DNA from: a virus
Virus record (IMG/VR): IMGVR_UViG_3300045970_000141
Coordinates: 1 to 40,546 of that record
Reading direction: 5' to 3' (one strand)
Length of the DNA stretch: 40,546 nt
Part shown: piece after piece, positions 8,360 to 14,813 of the stretch
Layout: every line of letters begins with the position of its first letter
Position numbering within the stretch: the first letter of the stretch is position 1
Notes under the pieces: generated by a model
Databases searched by the model: none
Told to the model about the DNA's origin: nothing
Seen by the model: the letters and a program-made list of their open reading frames with translations, nothing else
Program-made: the position numbers and the translations under genes

Positions 8360-9435
8360 ACCCACGCGCTCCCGTTCCAGTAGACCCAAGCCGTGCCGCT
8401 CCAGACCTTGAACGTCTGGTTGATGGCGCCGCCGCCCCCGCTGGTCGCCCGGGCGTAGGCGTCGGAGAGGGTCAGGGTGTCCAGCTGGGTCCGGCCGGAC
8501 GCGACGGAGGCCACCGCTACCGCATAGGCGTCCGACAGGGCGAGGGTGTCTAGCGAGTCTTTGGTTGCTCGGGCGGCGACCGAGTAGGCGTCCGACAGGG
8601 TGAGCGCATCGGACTGGGATCTGCCCCCTGCCGTTGCCGTGGCGGCGGCGTAGGCGTCGGACAGAGCGAGGGTGTCAGCCTGCGAACCCTGCGCGGCCGC
8701 GCTTGCGGCGTAGGCGTCCGACAGCGCCAGCGCCTCCATCTCGGACCTGCTGACCCCTGCCTGCGCGGCATAGAGGTCCGATAGGCTGAGAGTGTCGCTC
8801 TGGCTCCTAGATGCCGCTAGCGCGGCGGCATACAGGTCGGACAGGGTGATGGCGTTCGATTCCGAGCCGGTAGCCGCGAGCGCGGCCGCGTAGAGATCGG
8901 ACAGGGCCAGCGTTTCCGCTTGAGATCTCGCCGCCGCAACGCTGGCTAGGTAGGCGTCCGACAAGACGAGCGCGTCGGACTCGGCCCCTGCGTATCCCAG
9001 AGCTACTGCGTATAGGTCGGAAAGCGCCAGGCTTTCCGCCAGGCTCGCGCTAGCCCCGGATCCACTAAAGGCGCTAGCGTATGTGTCCGATAGAACTAGG
9101 GTGTCGCTAGAGCTGCCGCTATACGAGATGGCGGCAGAGTAGCCGTCTGCCAGGGTGATAAGCTCAGCGCCAGCCCCAACTAGGCGGACGCTAGCCGAGT
9201 AGCTATCGGAGATAACCAGCGTCTCGGCTTGGGAGCCCTGCGCGGCTGCCCCTGCTGCGTAGGTGTCGGTGAGGGTGATGGTCTGGGCTGCCAGAGCAAC
9301 CCCGACCACCATGATCACCGCATAGGCGTCCGAGAGGGCTAGCGTCTCGGTAACTGCCCCGCTATCCCCCCCACCGCCGCCACCACCGGGGACTCCGGTC
9401 TGGAAGGCGTTGGGCTGGAAAGCGTTCTGCTGCAA
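8356..9435 (-). CDS. Tandem-repeat protein (359 aa). Poly-Gly N-terminus, 15 copies of a ~20-aa unit (..TLxLSDxYAAxxA..), and an aromatic C-terminal tail.
   Basis: A single uninterrupted ORF. I counted 15 repeat units by hand. The apparent start is TTG at 9433-9435, 3 nt after the methyltransferase stop. Its stop overlaps the TerL ATG. Confidence 0.75.
   Translation of the reverse strand: MQQNAFQPNAFQTGVPGGGGGGGDSGAVTETLALSDAYAVIMVVGVALAAQTITLTDTYAAGAAAQGSQAETLVISDSYSASVRLVGAGAELITLADGYSAAISYSGSSSDTLVLSDTYASAFSGSGASASLAESLALSDLYAVALGYAGAESDALVLSDAYLASVAAARSQAETLALSDLYAAALAATGSESNAITLSDLYAAALAASRSQSDTLSLSDLYAAQAGVSRSEMEALALSDAYAASAAAQGSQADTLALSDAYAAATATAGGRSQSDALTLSDAYSVAARATKDSLDTLALSDAYAVAVASVASGRTQLDTLTLSDAYARATSGGGGAINQTFKVWSGTAWVYWNGSAWV
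8425..9351. repeat. About 60-bp periodic degenerate tandem DNA repeat (the coding repeat of the gene above).
   Basis: Recurrent cores such as gcgtaggcgtccgacag.gcgagggtgtc alternate with variable ~30-nt segments, all in one reading frame. Confidence 0.85.
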
Positions 9436-9438
9436 GAG

Positions 9439-10056
9439 CTATTTCTTGATCGCCGTCGCGATCATGTCCTGGGCGGCTTCCTTGTAGGACTGGAGAGCGA
9501 ACTGGACGAAGCCCTGATCGCGGCCGATGCACCAAGGGGCGAGCGAGTACCCGTAGGAGACATCGAAATCACAGCTATACGCGAGCGGGCCGGGAGCGAT
9601 CTCGGAGTCGGTGTGAGGGGCCTGTGCAGGAAGGTTCTTCTCCTTGCTGCCAGCCCTCCACTCCTTGTTCATGTAAAGCCACGCCATCTCGGAGAAGGGG
9701 GCCTGATGGGTGGGGTCGCCGTAGTACCTGTTGGAGTTCCAGTGGGGAAGGACGATCTGGGCCTTCGCCCCCTTCCGCATGACCCGGTGCAGTTCGTTGA
9801 AGAAGAAGACCCGCTCCTTCCAGGTCAGGTGCTCGATCATGTGGGAGCAGTTCACCTCGTCCACGGAGTCGTCGGCCCACGGCCACGTATGGTTGCCGAG
9901 GTCGTGGACGACATCCACGCCGGGGAGCTTCAGGGTATCTACCCCGATGAACCCCTCCTTCTTGTTCCCGCCGCACCCCAAATCCAGCTTCAAGGGGACG
10001 ATCATCGGAACGAGGTTCGCCGGGACATCCTCTGCCTTCACCTTGCGCTTTGCCAT
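9439..10056 (-). CDS. Class I SAM-dependent methyltransferase (205 aa from the internal ATG).
   Basis: Motif I LDLGCGGN, a downstream acidic loop (VDVVHDL), and a VDEVNCSHMIEHL motif typical of Methyltransf_11-like enzymes. The ATG at 10056 has GGGGG as SD and lies 10 nt after the upstream stop. Confidence 0.8.
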   Translation of the reverse strand: MAKRKVKAEDVPANLVPMIVPLKLDLGCGGNKKEGFIGVDTLKLPGVDVVHDLGNHTWPWADDSVDEVNCSHMIEHLTWKERVFFFNELHRVMRKGAKAQIVLPHWNSNRYYGDPTHQAPFSEMAWLYMNKEWRAGSKEKNLPAQAPHTDSEIAPGPLAYSCDFDVSYGYSLAPWCIGRDQGFVQFALQSYKEAAQDMIATAIKK

Positions 10057-10066
10057 GTGACCCCCG

Positions 10067-10798
10067 TCACCAGATACGGCCGTCATCTGCGATATGGCCG
10101 ACAGTTGTGCTGCAATCGACAGCGCAGCGGAAGCCGTTCGGCCGCGCCACCTGTCCCCAGAAGTAGAGATCCTGCGTGCCGACGCCCCTGTCGTCGGGAT
10201 CCTTGCCGAGCGTCTTAAACCAGGGCTTCTCGACCTTCTTCGCCTCCAGTTCCCGGAACATCGACATCCGGTAGAGGGCGAAGCCCATTCCGATACCGTA
10301 TGACTCGATGACCTGCCCGGGGACCGGGATCTGCGGCCGGTAGTTCTGCACTGGATCCCTGATGTCGCCCCAGATTTGGGGAACCCCGCCCTCGCCCTTC
10401 GTCCAGTAGAGCCCGCTGATTGCAGCGTACTCGGGATTTTTCTCCATGGCAGAGAGGAGCTTCAGCACCTCGTTGCCCTGAGAGCAGATGTTGTCGTGCT
10501 CGATGGTCAGGACGTATTCGAAATCCCGCAATCCGGGGTTGGCGAGCGTGATGTCGATGGCGGCTTGAAAGGCTGCGCCCACTTCCGCCCCCTTGATGAA
10601 CATCGGGACCATCGCCTGATTCGGCGGGAAGACCAGATTGCGGTGCGACAGGTACACCTCGGGCATGATCTTGTTGCCGCCCGGAATGATGTAGACGATC
10701 CGCTGCTTCTTCCACGAACCGATCTCCGTGAGCCGCCTGCTGGCGGCCTCCAGGTCTTTGTTGTGGATCCCTTCTCCAATCATCAGGATTTCTGCCAT
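10067..10798 (-). CDS. GT-A fold (family-2-like) glycosyltransferase (243 aa from the internal ATG).
   Basis: Rossmann-like N-terminal strand (RIVYIIPGGN), a DxD-equivalent TIEHDN, and a later GTQDLYFW acidic motif. The ATG at 10798 is preceded by GGGGGGA and lies 11 nt after the upstream stop. Confidence 0.7.
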   Translation of the reverse strand: MAEILMIGEGIHNKDLEAASRRLTEIGSWKKQRIVYIIPGGNKIMPEVYLSHRNLVFPPNQAMVPMFIKGAEVGAAFQAAIDITLANPGLRDFEYVLTIEHDNICSQGNEVLKLLSAMEKNPEYAAISGLYWTKGEGGVPQIWGDIRDPVQNYRPQIPVPGQVIESYGIGMGFALYRMSMFRELEAKKVEKPWFKTLGKDPDDRGVGTQDLYFWGQVARPNGFRCAVDCSTTVGHIADDGRIW

Positions 10799-10809
10799 TG
10801 TCCCCCCGG

Positions 10810-11835
10810 TTAGGTACTTCCAAGTATGCAATACCAGTTGTTGACGACGCTACCGCTGATCCTCGACCCGGCCATGTCGGCATTGGAGGTGATCGCTCCC
10901 GCAACGCCTCTCGATGCAGGCCCCCACGGGTTGAGCGACGAACCGGCCACGGTGGAGCCCGTTCCGAACCAAGCAAAGTTAGCAGCCGCAGCTGGCTGCT
11001 GATGGAGATTCGAGTAGAGCGCGGCGGTCGTCGCCGTTGCGGTCGTTCCTGCTCCCGAAGAAGCATGAGCCTGCGCGATCCAGTACTCTCCTGCCGTGAG
11101 CGTCGTCGCAGGGAACGGGATCTTGATCATCCTCGGTCCATTGAAGACGGCGGCGATGTTGGCCGTCGCGCCGGACGAGAAGTTTGCCGCGAGCGTTCCG
11201 CCAGTGGTATCCGTGGCGAAGGATACGGTCATGCCGATGGAAGTATTTGAGTGTGTGATGAGGACGGTTGCAACGAACGACCCGTGGGTCATGTACGACA
11301 GGCTATCGTAACTATTGCCGTAGTTCTTGCGGCTGAACAGGCTGAAGTAGTGCGTATAGCCGTGGCGAACGGTCTGAGTCGTGGCAGACGAAGTGCCTGT
11401 CGGGAACCCGATGCTAACGGACTTGGGTGCCCACACGTTGTTGAATGCGAGATCTTCCTGGATGCTGAAATACTGGAAGTAGGTCGATGCAGGGTGAGAC
11501 GACCATGCCGTGCCGGTGAGGTACGGGGTCGGCTCGAAGATCGACATCGCACGGCCAGTCTCGTTGATCCAGAGCGTCTGCCCGCCACCGGCAGCAGTGG
11601 ACAGGTTCAGCGTGATGTCATTGGTGCCACCGAAGACGAGGTTGGTCCCAGACCCGTTCGCGGTGCCAGCCGTGTTGCCGGTGATCGTTACGAAGTGGTT
11701 GTGCGCGGAGTTCCAGTCAGAGGGGCGTATGAGATCCGTCGCCGCGATGGTGTTCGTCCCACCCCCGCTGTTCGCGACTGTGACCGTCCCGGTGAAGTCC
11801 GCGACGGTATTCGACTTCACATGACTGACGGCCAC
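10810..11835 (-). CDS. Fibre-like or receptor-binding-like beta-rich protein (341 aa, Thr/Ser/Gly/Asn/Ala-rich).
   Basis: GTG start at 11835 with a strong AGGAGG SD 5 nt upstream. The N-terminal segment (..TDLIRPSDWNSAHN..) and composition resemble phage fibre proteins. The functional call is tentative. Confidence 0.45.
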   Translation of the reverse strand: MAVSHVKSNTVADFTGTVTVANSGGGTNTIAATDLIRPSDWNSAHNHFVTITGNTAGTANGSGTNLVFGGTNDITLNLSTAAGGGQTLWINETGRAMSIFEPTPYLTGTAWSSHPASTYFQYFSIQEDLAFNNVWAPKSVSIGFPTGTSSATTQTVRHGYTHYFSLFSRKNYGNSYDSLSYMTHGSFVATVLITHSNTSIGMTVSFATDTTGGTLAANFSSGATANIAAVFNGPRMIKIPFPATTLTAGEYWIAQAHASSGAGTTATATTAALYSNLHQQPAAAANFAWFGTGSTVAGSSLNPWGPASRGVAGAITSNADMAGSRISGSVVNNWYCILGST

Positions 11836-11850
11836 GGGGGCCTCCTGATC

Positions 11851-12447
11851 TTAGGCCATCGACAGAGAGGCGGTCACCGACAGGGTGGACGGGTTGGCGG
11901 CCTGGAGGGAGGCGAACGTCCCGTAGGCGTAGAGGCGAACGTCGGCGGAAGCCGCGCCCGTCCCGCAGGCGGCCGAGGTGTAGAAGAGCACACCCGCGCC
12001 GCTGATCGTCTGGACGGCGGTGATCCCGTAGGAGGCCGTTGCCGAGAAGAGCTGGGTGCCGGTATCGCCCGCCGCCGTGGCGGCGGTGGCGAAGGTGATG
12101 GCCGGGATCGACGCCCCGTAGCCCGTCACCTGGGAGCCGTTGATGTTCGACCAGACGGCGCTGGCGTTGGTGGTGGCCGAGGCCGAGTGGAGGAAGAGGA
12201 AGGCGTTGGAGTTCGAGGCCCAGCTTGCGAAGAGCCGGTTGCCGACCAGCGCCCGCCCCTGGTGGACGACGAGGTTGTGCGGCATATGGCCCGAGGCGAT
12301 CATCTCGGGCTTGCCGTCCGGGCCGGGGGCCCAGAGTTGCGCGTCCATCTTGAAGTAGGGCATCTCCAGCGCGTCGCCGGAATTGCTTCCGCCGTGGACG
12401 ATCTGGGCCTCGTACTTGTCGGTCAGGTTCAGCTTCTCGCTAGCCAT
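11851..12447 (-). CDS. Hypothetical beta-rich virion-associated protein (198 aa from the internal ATG).
   Basis: The ATG at 12447 (MASEKLNL...) has a GGAGAG SD and follows the upstream stop at 12464. The N-terminal 38 aa of the track ORF overlap the upstream gene and are rejected. Confidence 0.6.
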   Translation of the reverse strand: MASEKLNLTDKYEAQIVHGGSNSGDALEMPYFKMDAQLWAPGPDGKPEMIASGHMPHNLVVHQGRALVGNRLFASWASNSNAFLFLHSASATTNASAVWSNINGSQVTGYGASIPAITFATAATAAGDTGTQLFSATASYGITAVQTISGAGVLFYTSAACGTGAASADVRLYAYGTFASLQAANPSTLSVTASLSMA

Positions 12448-12463
12448 GGGGCTCTCCGTCTTT

Positions 12464-12895
12464 CTAGGGGATATTGATCCAACCCCAAGTACCCGCGTTT
12501 CCGGCGAGCCATTGGGCATAGGTGATACCGCTTGCTGGGGGAGTGGACTGAACAGCGACACCGAGCCGAGCCCACATGGCGGGCCGACTGAGCAGGGAGG
12601 CCAGCGAGGTGTTCAGGGCCGCTATCTCCTGGTCCGTGACGGCATCTTGAGCCTGTAGGGCCAGAACATCAGCAGTGAGGATGGCGTCTTCGGCGGCGGT
12701 TCCGAAGAAGGAGGGGGGATGACCCCCGAGGGTAGCTGCATCCCCCCCTCCCGGGTTGACGCCTGTGGCCGTGAGTTTCGCGATGGGGCCGGTGACGGCA
12801 GCGGTGATGCCGGATACGAGATCCAGCGTCTCAACGTAACCGACAGTGGCCCCGTTCTGGGTGATCTTGAGGCGTATCGGAACCTGGATGCTCAC
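12464..12895 (-). CDS. Small fibre-like protein (143 aa).
   Basis: GTG start in a GTGA overlap with the upstream stop. It contains DAATLGGHPPSFF, a motif type (D.TL.G.H.S.F) common at the start of phage tail-fibre shafts, followed by a coiled-coil-like segment. Confidence 0.55.
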   Translation of the reverse strand: MSIQVPIRLKITQNGATVGYVETLDLVSGITAAVTGPIAKLTATGVNPGGGDAATLGGHPPSFFGTAAEDAILTADVLALQAQDAVTDQEIAALNTSLASLLSRPAMWARLGVAVQSTPPASGITYAQWLAGNAGTWGWINIP

Positions 12896-13131
12896 CGACC
12901 GCCCCTGATCTTGTGGTACCCGGCTTCGGTGAGGCAGTAGCGGATAGGCGGCTCGGGCGTTTCCTCGTACCTCGCCAGTTCCCGGCTCCGGGCGTACCTT
13001 GAAATAGGGACACGGGTAACCAGACGAACAAGGCCCTTTCTATGGAGCCTATCGAGAACGTGCAGGGGCGGGATGTACTCACAATCCCCCTCCATCTCGG
13101 GCCGCCAGAGGTTATTCGCCGGGTTCCGCAT
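12892..13131 (-). CDS. Small winged-helix-like DNA-binding protein (79 aa). Possible small terminase or late regulator.
   Basis: The pattern LDRLHRKGLVRLV...RYCLTEAGY resembles the wHTH recognition helix plus wing. It is the second gene of the late operon. Confidence 0.45.
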   Translation of the reverse strand: MRNPANNLWRPEMEGDCEYIPPLHVLDRLHRKGLVRLVTRVPISRYARSRELARYEETPEPPIRYCLTEAGYHKIRGGR

Positions 13132-13513
13132 CTTCGGGGCTCACCTCGATAGCAGGAAGGGCCCTTCGCATCGTATTCACGATGACCTGGACCCCGATGT
13201 CACCCCCGAACTCTTGCTTCGGCTGGGGCACGGTGAACTGAGCCTTCAGCTTGATGGCCGCTAGCTGCGCCATCGCGTTTCTCTGGGGATTATTGATGAT
13301 TTCTTGCAGCGTGTCAAAGTCATCCTGGGTAAGCCCGAGCCGAGCCTTCACCTCATCCTCGGAAAGCGCCTTCAGTTCGGCCACCCGGTCCTTCGCCCTC
13401 CGCTTCGACTCCTGGCGTAGCGCGGAACTGAGCACACGCGCCGCGTCCGCTTCCGGCCCCTCCGCCGTAGCCAGCCGCCCCGACCCCTTCGCTTGGCCCC
13501 TGCCAGCCATCAA
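13112..13513 (-). CDS. First gene of the late operon (133 aa). Hypothetical; alternative small-terminase candidate.
   Basis: A strong SD (TAGGGAGG) lies 5 nt before the ATG at 13513. It is basic and helical. No family recognised. Confidence 0.6.
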   Translation of the reverse strand: MMAGRGQAKGSGRLATAEGPEADAARVLSSALRQESKRRAKDRVAELKALSEDEVKARLGLTQDDFDTLQEIINNPQRNAMAQLAAIKLKAQFTVPQPKQEFGGDIGVQVIVNTMRRALPAIEVSPEDAEPGE

Positions 13514-13963
13514 AACCTCCCTAAGACAAGACTATCACCAAAAGCTAGCTAGTACGGAACGCTACTTGTCTAGCCGAAGGTTTAAGGCTCTTAACACGCA
13601 GCCGGAGCGTTAGCGGAGGCTGGCCGAGGCTCTTGGCCGAGGCGAGGTGAGCGAAGCGAACTGTCTTTGTCACGCCGATCTACATACGTTCTAGATCCGC
13701 ACGCGCGAGCATGGACCTTCCGAAGATCGCTTGTCAATCCCCAATAAGGATGGTTTTAACAACCTGCCTAGACGCCTAGAGCTTTCTAGCTTCGGGCGTA
13801 CCCCCAAAGGGGTAAACCCGTTTCAAGCGATTTTTGGGTAGTGGGAAGGGGCCCACCTTTTCAATCTCCGATCGATCCGGGATGACCCCGGGGGGCGGGT
13901 CCGTCCACTCGCGCCCTGCCGCCGCGTAGCCCTGGCCATACACTACGTGACCATACATACAGC

Positions 13964-14021
13964 CTAGCCTAGCGTGCCTAGTCTAGCGCCTAGCCTAGCT
14001 AGCCTAGCCTAGCTAGCCTAG
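13964..14021. repeat. Dense CTAG / (G)CCTAG(C) microsatellite-like array.
   Basis: I counted 11 CTAG tetramers in 58 bp (starts 13964, 13969, 13978, 13983, 13990, 13995, 13999, 14004, 14009, 14013, 14018). Three more lie at 14043, 14084 and 14100. Confidence 0.9.
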
Positions 14022-14148
14022 CGCCTACCCCGCGCCCCGGACCTAGCGTGCCGATCGTAGCTGGGGAAGAGCGTCTATCCGAGCTAGCGTCCAGTCTCCC
14101 TAGCCTACCATATCCCTGTAACCGGGGAAGTTACACCCTAACCGTGCC

Positions 14149-14194
14149 TGCCGTAAAACGTCACCCCAAAATTGTCATGTGCCGTAAATGGTCA
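14149..14194. promoter_or_regulatory. Pair of 15-bp boxes (TGCCGTAAAACGTCA at 14149, TGCCGTAAATGGTCA at 14180) spaced 31 bp apart, upstream of early operon 1.
   Basis: The direct repeat is visible in the sequence. Each box matches a box at 21715/21746 at 12 of 15 positions. Confidence 0.55.
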
Positions 14195-14317
14195 CCGCTT
14201 GTTGCCCGATAGACCCTGATTTCCTTCGGGTTTGTTGGGTCGTTCCTTGGCTCGTGGCCTGCATATCCTATGGACGGGCAATCAAGCCCCGGCCGAAAGG
14301 CTCGAAAGGGAACGACG

Positions 14318-14629
14318 ATGGAAGCGAGAAAGAGCGTAATCAAGATGGCGCCGCACGCGAGGGGGAAGCGCGTATGGCTACAGGGGGCGTGGCTCGTCAA
14401 GTATGGCTTCGGCCGGGGCACGCCGATCAAGGTGACGATCGACGCTTCGGGCATGGTGATCGAGGCGGATGCGGCAGGGGATAGGCGCGTAGCTGGGAAG
14501 GACGTTCAACCGATCATCGACGTTATCGGCTCGGCAGTGTCGGCCGCATTCCCCGAAGCGTTCGCGCTGGTAGTAGTTACGCCGGGCATGATCACGGTCG
14601 CCCCCTCGACTGAGAAGGGGGCGATCTAG
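14318..14629 (+). CDS. AbrB/SpoVT/SymE-like swapped-hairpin domain protein (103 aa). Putative early regulator.
   Basis: The segment RVWLQGAWLVKYGFGRGTPIKVTIDASGMVIEA matches the l.G.WL...GF..G..v.V......vi pattern of SymE/AbrB-type domains. I prefer the ATG at 14318 because of the AAGGGA SD. The track start at 14270 remains possible. Confidence 0.6.
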   Translation: MEARKSVIKMAPHARGKRVWLQGAWLVKYGFGRGTPIKVTIDASGMVIEADAAGDRRVAGKDVQPIIDVIGSAVSAAFPEAFALVVVTPGMITVAPSTEKGAI

Positions 14630-14631
14630 CC

Positions 14632-14811
14632 ATGGCAATCCACAAAATGACCCCTGACGACGCTACGCGAATCCTCGACTCCATGAGGGAAGAGGCATAC
14701 GAAAGCCACGACAGGGAGCGCGAAGAGCAGATCGAAATGCTCGCCCTGTACCTGTCCCGCATGGAAGCCACGATCCGGCGCATCGCCAGCGCGATCAAGG
14801 GGGAGGAGTAG
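14632..14811 (+). CDS. Small acidic helical protein (59 aa). Not in the ORF track because it is under 60 aa.
   Basis: My hand translation is MAIHKMTPDDATRILDSMREEAYESHDREREEQIEMLALYLSRMEATIRRIASAIKGEE. It is flanked on both sides by TAG-CC-ATG junctions. Confidence 0.6.
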   Translation: MAIHKMTPDDATRILDSMREEAYESHDREREEQIEMLALYLSRMEATIRRIASAIKGEE

Positions 14812-14813
14812 CC

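Noticed and set aside
8425-9351. A CRISPR-like pattern: ~30-nt conserved cores alternating with ~30-nt variable segments at a 60-bp period.
   Set aside because: The whole array lies in one uninterrupted reading frame encoding a 20-aa protein repeat. The repeat cores are degenerate rather than identical. There is no leader and no cas genes, so it is a coding tandem repeat.
9439-10056. The SAM methyltransferase as a DNA adenine or cytosine methylase.
   Set aside because: I could not find a (D/N/S)PP(Y/F) or PC/ENV catalytic motif. Its context, next to a glycosyltransferase within virion genes, points to a small-molecule, sugar or protein substrate. DNA methylation is assigned instead to 19153..19743.
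13776-13958. A 60-aa minus-strand ORF, and the 97-98-aa ORFs at 14161..14484, within the large intergenic region.
   Set aside because: They have no SD or coupling signal. Their peptides are of odd composition, and they overlap repeat and box elements. The region is better explained as regulatory DNA. A small leader peptide cannot be excluded without expression data.
13514-14317. A search for tRNA or tmRNA-like genes in the three non-coding regions (13514-14317, 21588-21938, 28784-29038).
   Set aside because: I could not see a GTTCRANYC T-loop with matching acceptor and anticodon stems in any of them. This was a by-eye search only, so a covariance-model scan is still advisable.
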